Shown piece after piece: positions 26,701 to 38,300 of a DNA stretch of 64,000 nt. Numbering within the stretch: position 1 is the stretch's first letter; every line of letters starts with the position of its first letter. Below the pieces are notes generated by a model. That model made no database searches. It saw only the letters and a program-made list of their open reading frames with translations, and was not told where the DNA came from. The position numbers and the translations under genes were made by a program. This DNA comes from Tubiluchus corallicola (lineage: Eukaryota > Animalia > Priapulida). The DNA is taken from the NCBI GenBank assembly GCA_030141605.1, contig JAQGDQ010000125.1, forward strand, positions 186,001-250,000. Direction: 5' to 3'.

Positions 26701-29700
26701 GTTGTCTATGTAAGCATGCTGCGGCTATTGACAATATTTATCCGTGCAGGTAGAATGAGGAGAGTTGTATTATATTTTGCTGAAGTTTGTTAGATTATAC
26801 GTGTTGATACTGAAGTCTGGAAATACCATATTATTTGCTTGTGATAAATATTTGAAGAATTTACATGTCTAATTGACATTGCAGGTGGATGTACTATTCC
26901 TTGATATTGGCTATTTAGAGAAAGATGTATCAGTTAAAGGCTTGAGGCTTCTGGCTTCACAGTTTCAAACTCTTCCATATCAGGTGTGCAGATATAAACT
27001 GTTTCATTGCATTACTTTTTATTGTTGAGAAAATGTGAATTTTGTGCTAATCTTCCATAGACGTGCTTGTCATGTTCTGTTAAACAAACGACTATCGAAG
27101 AATTGATTTTTATTTTACCTTTATTTTCTCACTTTGTTACATCACCTTTCAGAAAGCAAAGTGTTTGATTTTCATAGGAATTTTAGTTTTTTCTTTCTTA
27201 TTTACACAAGTCTTGTCTGCCACACAATGTTGCAGGTATAGAAATGAGATTTCATACAATAAGATAGTGATATGCTGTCAGCCAGAATTAAATTCTGTAA
27301 TTTGGATGATACCTGCTTGGTATTTCCTTGTTTTGCTGTTGGAGAAGAAAAGGAGAAAACTGTTGTATTACTAGGCAACCATTATTACTGCCAAGGCAGA
27401 AATATGCAATGTTTATTATTGCTGTAGTGATTGTAAGCTAGTATGTATATATATATGTGTGTGTAGGCAATAAATTGTACCCTGGAGGGGATAAATGAAG
27501 CTGATGAATATCTGGTGGGTATGGACCTCCTACTTGAGTTAACACTAGCAAAGAGCTTGGTGGCTGAGGTCATAGAGAGGTAGGAAATATTGCTTTGTTT
27601 ATTGACCTTTAACGCTTTGCTTAATTTGTCGTTTTTCTTGTTTTGTTACTTTACTCTATGCATAAAAATTCATCAAAGTCATTTTGCTGGACATTACCTC
27701 AAAAATAGTGCAGATACGTCATTTAGCTTTTTTGTAATCAGATCTGATGACACGTATTACTGCCTGGTAGACTTGTTTCATCCCAGCTTAAGTCATTGCT
27801 AGATTTTCTTGTAATAACTTTAACTAAAAGGGTAGCTGATTTGCTAACCTCTAAGGTTTTTTTGCCACCCTTCCTGTAAATGCTAATAACGTGTTTTGCT
27901 ATGTACTTGATTTTTTCATGTATTGCACAAGATAAATAAATTTATCTGAAAAACATATTCTAATTGTTTTAACTGCTACAATGGATAAACTTTTCATCAA
28001 AAATGTTAATTAAAAATACCAAACTTGTTTGAAGTACCATTGCCCTTATGAAGTGTCATTGACAAAGTATGGAAATACCAAACTTTTTAGTGTCAAAATT
28101 AATGAGTTGTTTAAAGTCTTGTAGAAGGAATAGAAATGGTAGACAAAAGTACAAGTGATTGTATGTATAATAAAATATCAGTTGCGCTTTTGTCTTTTAT
28201 GGCCTCAGAAAATTAGAGGATTTTTGAAAATGCAAAGAATGGTTATTCTGTTACTTTTTTAAACTGTAAAAGTTAATGCACGTTAGAGTGCCTAGTCAGT
28301 TGAATTTATATTGCAATTAATTTAATAATTTGGTTGAAATTTGATGATGCCTCGTCAGAGTAGAAACATATGAAGTGCTGAAACAAACAGTCTTGTTTAC
28401 CGTGTTGCAGGTTAATGCCAAAAAATAATTTTTGTTTTCTTTTATGCTAGATACACGTCAGACGATTCTGTTCATGTGATATTGTATGATACGTCAGGAG
28501 AAGAAGATATAAATATAAATGAAGTCTTAATGGACACACTGAAAGAGGTATAGAAGATGAAAAGTAAAATATCTTTTGTAACTAAAAGCTGAACAAATGT
28601 GAAGCAATGTATTTGGTTTCTGTTATTGATAAAACGTTGTATGTAAATGAAGGGAAAAGTTGCATTTGTTGTTGTTTTCAGGCAAAGGCCAATCCTCCAA
28701 GCTCTGATGATCAGTTTGAAAGTGTGAATGCAGAGCTACAACAGCCATTTTCTATAGATCGCAAATTACAGGTAAATCTTTTGTAAGCTATAAAAAATTT
28801 ACTTATTAAAAGCAATTTAGTTTTTTGTTTTATTTTGTTTTTGCTTAACATTATTGATTTATTTTCAAATATTAATCTAAATTACATGTATTTGTAATTC
28901 TGAATTGGTAAATATATTAAGCTAGAGAAAATTAGCAAGTTGTTACAGCAACCTTGGCTTTGCACCACCTCAATGAACTATTTAGACTATTTAGTTTGGC
29001 ACAGTCAGTGCTGAAATGCAATCACAGGCCCAGTGAAACAAATTATTGAAATTTATGATTGGCAAAAGCAATGTTAGTGATTTATAGCCACCCAGGGGGC
29101 GGTGCAGCAGAAATACGCAAACCAGCTAAACAATCAAACTAGCCTTATTTAAAATGCTTCCTTGGATAGATTACTTATGCTAGTTTAGTAGCATTACCAC
29201 TAAGGTAATAAGTAGTCTCATTATAAGCTTAAGCAAAGTAACTGCATTATACAATAGCCCTACTCATTAAATAATGAAAAAAGTATTTTAATTATAGTGA
29301 TATGTTACGCATTACTTCCCCTTGTCTTGTAGCTTTCATTTTACACTTAAACAATTGACCTTGCCTATCACGAGACTCGGTTATAGCAAGCAAAATCTCA
29401 TCAAGTTTGTTATAAGAGGAATATACTGTAGCAGATTGTTTGCTGCAGTACATATTATTTGTACATTTTTTTGCAAGTTACTCAAGCCATTCCAAACAAG
29501 GTCACTCATATGAAGGGATTGCAGTTAAAAAATGATCCATAAATACTGGACCAGAAAAGTTTACTCTTATAATGTATTTGGAAATTGCAGGACACGTTTG
29601 TTCATGTTCTTCTTAAGACAGTTTCTACAAAGAATATTGCAGCTAAGCCTGGGCTTAGGCAGAAGAATTGGAATTTATAAGCAGGAATACCAAGAGTAAA

Positions 29701-32700
29701 AAGTTAAGGTGCATTTGCAAAATATGACTCTGAGCAAGCTCTTGTCATTCATACAGAGATAATCTGTCTGATTACATCTTTCTCAAAAGTAGTGGTAAAA
29801 GTGGTTTAATTTAGCAGCAGACCTTTGTGAGTAGGAAATTTGTGGGTTTCCCTGAAATCAGATCCTCCATATTGACAGAATTATTTTGTGAATTGTCCAG
29901 CATTACACAGTAACAGGCACTGGCAGTATTACACAGAGTTGTTTAGTTGATTTGTAAAAACAGATTGTGATGCTGGGTTTTACTTGTTGGTTTTCTGTTC
30001 TTTATTTAAACCAGATTTGCTTCAGCAATTCCCAAACTAGTACTCCCAGCCGAGCGGTTGAGGTAGTAGTACCAGATGTTGGTAGTTTAGAAACTGAATC
30101 AGTTTCCCCTAGGTACCTCTATGGGGCATACCTTGAGACAAAAGATGTGGGTTCGAATCACGAGGTGGGATCTTACGTATCAGCCTTGAGTTGCTGTTAT
30201 TGTGTTTAGCAAACAAAGTGTGAACTATTCATGATATTTTTACTATTTAAATACTTTTTAAACATTCACAAAAAGAAGCACTCCAAAGTACATTTTTTTG
30301 TGTATAGAAACGATCAAAATTTAATGAACAAATTTGTGATGATCAAAAGGATAATTTTCAAAATCAATCAGAGTGCTGCACTCCCTTTAGATTATAATAA
30401 TGGGAGTTGGGTTCTTCCAGGCATGATGTAGGCATCCCGCTTGTACGTATGGTGCCCAGTTTCGGCTGTTATAAACTCAGGTCCCGGTTCAAATCCAGGC
30501 TGTGTTAAAACGTTTTCTCATTTCCTGTTTTTCAAAATTTGGTTTCAAATTCAAATTACTTGAGGGTTGTTCCATCATCCTGCTCATATTCTTATCTGTT
30601 TTGGAAGATATTTCTCTCGTGTATTATCAGTTGCCGTGGTTAGTAGCAAGACTTTGTTTTTTGCATGCATTTGCAGACAACTGGCTAAAATACCTTGTGA
30701 AAGTAAAACTTTTCTTTCTGTGTCATAAATACACGTTTTTTCTTTTATATAGTATGATTTACCAGTTTTCCAATTACCGGATCACTCTGAATATTTTGAT
30801 ATATATATTCCAGTAGCAGCATCACCTGATAACTTTATCGTAAGCTTCTTATACTTTTAATGTGCATTGTACTTGTTAATTGAGAAAGAATAAAGCATTC
30901 TTTACCATGTAATTTTACTTATTTAGTTGTTCACTCACGATATTAATTTGTCTTATCAATAAAACGCATTCTGGGTTTTACGAACTGACTTAATTGTGCG
31001 GCTTTACCTTGTAAAGCAACAAAATTTTTGTAACACTTTGTACATTGAATATTATTTGAATTGGTTATAGATACAATCTTGGAAAGATGGAGACAATTTA
31101 TTTAACATGTCTGAACAAATGAACAAGTTTTACAGCAATCCGGTAAGTGCTTCTTATAAACACTAAGTTACTTTTTCTGGCGCTGTTACAATTTTCAAGT
31201 TTTTTCTGTTCAAGTAATTGGTTGTGTGTAGTCGTACTGTAAAAGAATAATTTGTTTAGCATTATAACTAATATCTTATCTTCAATGATTTATCTTTAAC
31301 ACTACACCTATGGTTTTGACAGGCTAGTAAAATTTAACTTGGTATTATTTTCTATAATATTATTGCTATATTTTTGTGCCATATATGTATACCATCTTGA
31401 CATTATGCCTTGATTGCATGTCATACCCGTTGCAGTTGTTTTTCGTTTGTGTCCCGATTCTTTGATCTACGTTTAACATTTGACGAACACTTACAATGTT
31501 CCATAAGTTGTATAATATAAAGTAATATTCAAATGTGGTAAAAAGTTGATCTTTATGGTTGAATACTGCAATCATTTTTATATATGCACACAGTATACAT
31601 TTTCCTGTTTGCAGAAATGTGGAGATAACAAAATTTTGCCTTGCTGCTGCTACTGGCTAACATACCACAAACAATATTTGATTTTGCAGTACTAAAAAGC
31701 AAAGACTCGTGAAATTCGTGGCCATAAGATAACATGTAGATTGTCAGTGTTTTGGCATTTCTTAGCTGCAACTTACTGAAAATTGTAGTTTTCTTAAGTT
31801 GTCTTTCGTAACATGACGTCACCTATTTTAATTACCTGGCAAGAAGTATGCTTTTTGTAAGAAACTTTGTTCATTTTCCCTATAATATTAACTGCTAAAT
31901 TCATTTGATAAAGTTGGTAGATTTGAATTCTGCTTAGATAAAAATATTCTCATCTAAAATTTGAATGGGGTATTTTTATACGTGCTAGTAAATAAATTAC
32001 AAATATTCACAGGCATGAGTGCTAGAGTAACCTGCTTCCTGCAGAAGCCCTGTATTTGCAAATGCAGCTACAATCAGTATAGCCCTTTTTCTCATGATTA
32101 TTTATATATTTTAAGTTTCTGAAGTTTTTTGCAATTATGTAAATTTTTTACAGTCGTAACGAATGAATTGATATTGTGTATATTAGTACACCACTAAAAC
32201 TGTCAAAAACACAGTTTGTAAAGCTAATTGTGCTCTCATATCTCAATGACACCCTTTGTTATGTGTGGCAAACTATAATCCATTATTGTAGCTTTTGCTG
32301 GGAAGCAATCATTGAGGTGTCTGTCTTTTGCAGGAGAACTTGGTTACAGTAGATAAAGTACAAGTGGGTGGTGTCTATGTCGGAACCCTCAAAGATGGAA
32401 ACTTTTACAGGCTTAAAGTTTTAGAACTGCTACCAGATGATGTTGTGAGTAACATACATAACCAGTGTTCACAAAAAACTTTTCTCTGTTAAGGTTTCTG
32501 AATAACGCAAATTAGACAGAAAGAGACAATAATATTTTTTATGAGTCCTTCTTTTTTGAGTTCTTTGCATTGGATTCCATGTAAAATTTTCACAAGTCCA
32601 GCAGAACGTTGTGGCAGATTCACACAAAAGGTTGAAACTTGACCATGTGATAGCCCCATATGGGCATCAGGAGCATGACCCACCCTCACTTGGAAGGAAC

Positions 32701-34051
32701 TGGCAGTGGTTTGCAGTTGTCAAAAATGGTAGTGGCAACTACATCTGTGTGAGGTCCCACATCAGCATTAGAACAAGACTGATGTTTTAGTTTAAGCTTT
32801 CCTTGGGACTGAACCTGTGGTTGTGGGTTGTTGCACAATTTCGTAAATGATTCCAGGTGAACTGTGTGGCGTCATTTATAACTTGATCGGCAGGAACAAG
32901 TACATGTTCAATTTTGTGTGATCCACCTTGGTGTCCTCAGAATGGTAGTAGTTTGACAAGGGCATAAGGCATGTCTCATCAAGTATTCAAGCTACCAGTA
33001 AGGAAGTAGCAGTGTTTTTGGTGGTGGGCCATTGGCCTTTAAAGTTCAGCTAAATCTGCCCGGCTGAATTGCTAAATTTTTGAGCATTATTTTATTAAGA
33101 TTCCCATTAGGTGAATAATTGACCATTTATAGTGACCCATTTCACTTTTGTGCTGGATTCTCGATGATATGCAAGTTCTGCGTTGATGGAGCCTTCACGT
33201 ATACGTATAGTTGTTCTTTTCTGTTCATTTGCTAGACTAGGACAGTCCAAGTAAAATTAATTAATTCCATTATAAATTATTCAATTTAATTATAACATAT
33301 AGATACTAATTAAAATCAAATCATGTTTCAGGATGTCAGCACTTCACAATCAACAAATCTGCATGCATGTGGCATTGCTATTTTTCACACGAGTTTTACT
33401 GCTCATACATTTGGATGTACTATTGATTCTTGCTACAATTATTATTTTAGTCATTAGTTTGTGAGTTTAAAGCAACTGCTTTCACAATAAATGTCACATA
33501 GCCTGGCATTTTTAGGCAAAGGTTTACTTCATCGATTGGGGTCAACACCATCTATTGAAACGTGAACAACTACAACTTCTACATTCTAAGTTTTGCAAGT
33601 TTCCCGCAATGGCCATGGAAGCTAAACTTTATGGTGAGTACTATTAATAAGGTCGCTTGTCATTTGGTGAGGTTCATTAAGACATGATACATGTCTCTGC
33701 AAACATAGATATTTTTGATTTACCAAAATGTGAGCATTATGGTAAATAAGCGAGGTTGGCATTTTAATGTCACTATTATATTATTTCATCCTATATTAAT
33801 TTCTTTGCGTAGGCATCTGTCCAGCCTCAAAAGGGGAAAGATGTGATACGTATACACCGGAAGCAAGATCTTATTTTAGGGAACTTGTAGTGGACAAGTC
33901 TATAGTGGCACAAGTACGCCAAGAATATGTGAACTCAAGTAATCAAACATCATATGAACTGATTTTAATAGACACTTCCGCACCAGATGTCGACTTTTAT
34001 ATAAACGATGAACTAATATCACGTGGGTATGCTTTACCAGTAGAAAAGTAA
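11745..34051 (+). CDS. TDRD7: Tudor domain-containing protein 7-like (TDRD7/Tapas family): eLOTUS, dsRBD-like, LOTUS and three extended Tudor domains; ~26 coding exons
   Basis: Phase-consistent AG/GT exons: 11745-11832, 13081-13186, 13380-13485, 13782-13880, 15287-15458, 16685-16768, 17177-17364, 18175-18308, 19215-19383, 20306-20443, 21093-21200, 22438-22578, 23095-23188, 23789-23917, 24526-24650, 25626-25790, 26885-26983, 27467-27579, 28451-28547, 28682-28771, 30015-(3' end uncertain, 30063-30176), 30753-30839, 31071-31142, 32334-32444, 33516-33633, 33813-34051 (TAA). LOTUS: LHSVLVSEKGGVPLHRLNHDYRDLIGGDIPHKKFGFKTLKDFLQSIPDV...AHIERLVAQQK. Second LOTUS-like: NGLWGSRVPKEHFKKYKQKLP. Tudors: WYRAQI..VKFIDFGNTE, WVRGEV..FLDIGY, FYRLKV..YFIDWG. 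Several Tudors after LOTUS favours TDRD7 over TDRD5. Confidence 0.85.
11990..12942. mobile_element. Tc1/mariner-pogo-type MITE in a TDRD7 intron
   Basis: TIRs CAATAGGTGCCACTTAATAGACTCAC / GTGAGTCTATTAAGCGGCGCCTACTG; TA on both sides; subterminal TTAAT(A/T)GACTCA repeats. Confidence 0.85.
14376..15170 (-). mobile_element. Internally deleted hAT (Buster/Charlie-like) DNA transposon
   Basis: TIRs CAGTGGTTCCCAAAC / GTTTGGGAACCACTG; flanks CTATAGCC / CTGTAACC (6/8). The minus strand keeps a decayed transposase C-terminal dimerisation region (FWSAIKEEYLSTALFVLTQFSTW*LCELGF..NNIKS). Confidence 0.85.
16779..17157. repeat. Minisatellite with a ~72-73 bp unit, ~5 copies
   Basis: The unit TTTCATGAGTTGTTTCATACAAGATAGAAACTATAAAATTTGCAGTATTCTGCACTTATCAATGGTGTACAC repeats and fills almost the whole intron 16769-17176. 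Confidence 0.95.
19416..19967. mobile_element. Tigger/pogo-like MITE
   Basis: TA-flanked imperfect TIRs CAGTGAGTCCTCGGCTTA / TAAGCGAGGACTTACTG. Confidence 0.75.
21818..22252. mobile_element. Young hAT-like MITE
   Basis: TIRs CAGGGGCGGAACTAG / CTAGTTCCGGCCCTG; perfect 8-bp TSD GTAAAGGG; GC-rich subterminal GCGCCCC motifs. Confidence 0.9.
23258..23334. repeat. Compound (TG)n/(CGTG)n/(GGGTGT)n microsatellite
   Basis: Directly visible. Confidence 0.9.
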
Positions 34052-34860
34052 CAATACGTCTAATGTGCATGTAGCTGCTTTAATATTATGTCAACTATTA
34101 AAGTTCTGATTTTGGTATTAGGTTTACATTTTACTGTAAAATATTTTCAGCATTCAGTCACGTTCAATAAAGTGCTAAAGCTCTGATACTGAACGATGCG
34201 CTGGTGCTCAAAAAATAATTTTTTAAAGGTGTTTTGCTGTTTTTTCACAAATGGATGAAATGTACATATAAGACCGAAGGTTTTAAAGCAAGTCGTTCAT
34301 TCACCTTTCCAAGTGACCTGAATTTTGTACAGCATGGTTTAAATGATCTTATATGGTAGATGAGTGAACATAATTTTTTCTGAAGATAGCACTGATTGCT
34401 TGTGAAGTGGAACGTCAGTCATCTCAACCACTACTTATAGAGACTATCCATAGTCTGATTATGCGTGTAGAATGTTGACCATAACTGTGATTAACATTTT
34501 ACTCATACTTTATCTCATATGTAACAAAAGTCGTGAAGTGTGTACAGTATTGAGTTGTACACGTTTTCCAAAGTTTTACTGTGTTAAAGTTGATACTGTA
34601 TTGCTGTACGCTTTTTCATATCAGAGTTGATAATGTTGCAGCAGTAAGTAGTTCTCATTTCATACTCCTAGTTTCTGTGCTACATATTTATCTTGTAGAG
34701 TTTAATGGTTGCAGATACGTAGAGAACATTGTATTCACTGTTTGTTTTTTAAATAAATGAGTTTTGATTTTATAAATTTTGCTAGCTCAGTAGTTTGTAA
34801 TGTCACTCAGTGCATTGGAAAAGGCACGTTGATTTTACTTTATATAGACACATTGCGATC

Positions 34861-35085
34861 GTGCCTTTTTTATGTACGTCTATATAGCCCATTGGTACTA
34901 GAAATTTTTATTTTTAAAATTTAATTTGAGAAGTTTTTATACAGTCTTGCTGATGCAGCCAATTGTTTTCACGTGTGCCTTTTTGGTGTACAAGCTGTAC
35001 AGCCCATTGGTACCTTTTTTACTTCTGAAATTTAATTCAGGAAAATTTGAGTTTCTATGCGGGTCTTGTCAGGCAGCCTATTGTA
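34861..35085. repeat. Diverged ~115-bp tandem duplication between the TDRD7 and TUBGCP5 stop codons
   Basis: GTGCCTTTTT..TGTAC..AGCCCATTGGTAC..AAATTTAATT..GTCTTG..GCAGCC(A/T)ATTGT occurs twice (starts 34861 and ~34975). Confidence 0.75.
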
Positions 35086-35387
35086 AACGAAAACTGTGAT
35101 GCCTCAGCCACCAAGTATTCAGCTAGGAGTTTCATGGGTTTTGAGTAACAATAGAGATAATGAAAGAGCTTTTTGACTTAATAATATATCTTGTTATATA
35201 GGTAACGATTTGTTTTTACTAAACAAACTATCATCATTTACCAAAATAAACAAATGATACATCAATAAAGCATTGAAAAACAATCCTCGAGTTCAATACA
35301 AAAATAATTTATTTACGCGTAAATTTTATCGGAGACTGTGTAATTAAAAATGCATCCCAGTCATCATCTTTTGCAACTGCTAAACCA

Positions 35388-38300
35388 TCAGTATTGGATG
35401 GAGCTCATCAATGCAAATGCCAATGATTCCACTAAAAAAAGACAAATTTATCATTTGAGCCTTCGAACAGCCACTAAGCAGAAAAATGGATTAGCATAAC
35501 TGATACCAAAATTGGTAAAATTTACTAAGACCTTATTAGTTCACAAGGTGAATACTTACAATGTATGTATGAGCCTCTCTTTATTACGTTATTTAGGAAA
35601 GACAAGAGGAATGTGTGACATCGTGCAAAAGTGCTCTCCATTTCATCAACTGACTGCTGACTGCAAAATGAAAAGCGAAAGCATATAAACACTAAATTTA
35701 CACAAACTGATGACATTTAGATGAGCAATTAGTAATGAAGCAATCAAATAGATGGTTCAAATCTAGTTTAGTCTCCACTTTTCCACGTTTTATATCTTTT
35801 GATGAACTTTGATTTTTAAATTTAATGATTGTCAGCTCATTTTGCCATTAGTGTAAATAATGTATTGATCAAACACGAATGCAGTTATGTAAGTGTTGGC
35901 TTCTTTGTAAAATGAGATGACATCTTACACGTACTAATAAATGTAAAAGTGGGACAGAAACTTTTAGTTTATTTTTACAGATTCAAAATTTATGACAAGC
36001 TGCCCCAAAGTGAGCCTGTAGATTATACTGCAGCAACTACATGTGCTCTAACTCTAAGGGTCACTTGCCTAATTCTGCATAACAGTGATTTTAAAATCAA
36101 TTGTGTGTAATTATGACTCCCTAGTCTATTAGTCTGGGCACAAACCTAACTAAATTTGTAGTTTCTCAGATATGCCGCATAATTATAATTCACAAGTAAA
36201 AAACAAAAAGTTGTAACTACTGAAACTTCGACTATAAAACACCCTAAGCAGTAGTGGCCAAGGCATTTGCAAACCTGACATATTGCAAGCAGTTTTGACA
36301 AGAAGCTTCTGCACACAGAACAAGCAGCATTACACATAAAAATTCAGTACATCTTTAAGAAAACACGAAGATGATTCTTAATAACAAAAGCAGGTACATA
36401 TAAAAAATTCAACAATTATGAAAGCGAAAGGAACACTGCATTTCAGGCCATCGGTATGTGCAAGTGAAAAGAAAAGAGAATGCCGTTATCTTTTATTTTC
36501 TTTATTGTGTTTTTTTTATTAATTTAGCCTTCAAGCAAACTTGAATCTTTGTCCATAAAGTAGGAGAAGGATGAGAAGAAACCTAGAGATATCTAGAGTA
36601 GATATGTAGAGTTCTTGCTTGCAATTAAAAATCAACGAACAACTAATGACCTAATGTTGTGTATGCCTCTTCTCCAGTTCATGTGAAAGACGATAGCCAA
36701 GTTGAGAACTTTCATAACAGCTTCTCTGATAAAGGTGGACTTTTTGTGAAGTAGGCACCGTTCAAATATGCGCTGAATATATGCCTCGTGGGTAGTGATA
36801 ATTTGCTCAAGATCATCACATTCTGCAAAGTCCTGGTTGAACTCCAGTTCAGTACTATGCAAAATCTAAGATACAATGCACAAAAACACACAATTAATTT
36901 GTAATTAATCTATAAACGATATAAATTTGTTACTTAAACTGTAGTACTGTCAGACCTATTTGTGTTTTCTAAATATCTTATTAATGTGATTTAAATGTAG
37001 GATAAATACACATGAGCCTCAAAAAAAGTTAATCTTTGGCTTCGTAATAAAACAATTTTTAGTTTGCACTCATTTTAACCTCCCTTGATGTTGAATTAAA
37101 TATTGAACAACCGAAGAAAATGGACATGCCGAAATAAAGATCTGAAAACAATATTGGGGTAAGGAGCAAATATTGCAAGTCTACAGATGTTTCTGTTAAA
37201 TGGCCATTGAGCAACGAAAAATTGTTACAGGTGGAAAAAACATGGCCACAGTGTAAAACCAAGAACTTGTGCTACAATGAATGAGCGATCCATGCAGTGC
37301 ACAAGCTTAGACTAGGTGAATTACTAGGAGCACTACCGTGGAAGCACTACCAAGCCCAAAAATGTTAATAAAGTTTAATACACTATGATCTCGAGTGACT
37401 TATTTTTATTTTTGTCTCTCTGCCAAAGGTCATATAATGTAATTCTTACCCTGGTCATTATGTATGTGTGGAAACTATTAACAAAATGCATTAGTCGAAC
37501 CCGAAACATCATCAGTTTGTGGACAAGGGCAGATTTCGTATCATAATGTCCATTTTTAGCTCCTTGCTGCAAATCTGTGATTAAATATTAAACTCTTTTA
37601 ACTAAAAATTAAGTTTTAAACCAATTCTACTTATCATGGCGCATATGTAAAATGTCACACAAACTTTATGTAAAGAATAAAATGACAACTATTTCAGTTT
37701 ACAAAAAATAATCATTCAAACACTTTACTATGAACATCTAAAGAATGGTGCATCAGCAATGCAAGATTTCACTTGTGTGTCAGAAAATAAAAGCAATTAG
37801 AACCTCAATAAGGTTCATTTTTCTCTGAAAGAATTTCAATTTTAAACAGCTCTTTTTAGAAAAACTTGTTTATGCAGCAAACCATATCAATCTATTTGTA
37901 CCTAATCAAGAGCATCACAGCGCGCTTACTGTCAAGCTTTAGTGCCATTACACTGCCGAATCAATAGGAAGATATTGTTTAAACTGGTCACTAAGATCAC
38001 TTCAACAACAAGCCTCTCGTAATTACCTTCAAACCGCAGTATATCCAGGCTATATTTTGCTCGCTTAACCTGCAGAAGAAATACCAAGACTCTGCTGTAA
38101 GTTTGCTGTGAATCGGCATGTATAACAACATCAATTGGCCAAGGAACCTAAAGAAGAAACAGCCACAGATAACAGACCAGTAGATTGTGGTCATTTAGAA
38201 AGCTTAAAAGTAAAGACTAGCACATTTATGATTTAATAAGATTAAGAAGACTTTTCACTTGCTGTTTGCAGTTTAAAAAACAATATAAAATAAAAACTGT

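Noticed and set aside
29088-29105. CTCF-like motif GCCACCCAGGGGGCGG
   Set aside because: Imperfect single match with no supporting context.
30440-30505. tRNA gene (TTCGGCTGTTA...GGTTCAAATCC; also GGTTCGAATC at ~30150 and a similar stretch at ~56750)
   Set aside because: No complete cloverleaf or acceptor stem; at most decayed tRNA-derived SINE heads.
30814-30839. Apparent micro-exon with a NAGNAG acceptor
   Set aside because: Phase is incompatible with the upstream exon; it is better explained as the 3' part of the longer exon 30753-30839 (YDLPVFQLPDHSEYFDIYIPVAASPDNFI).
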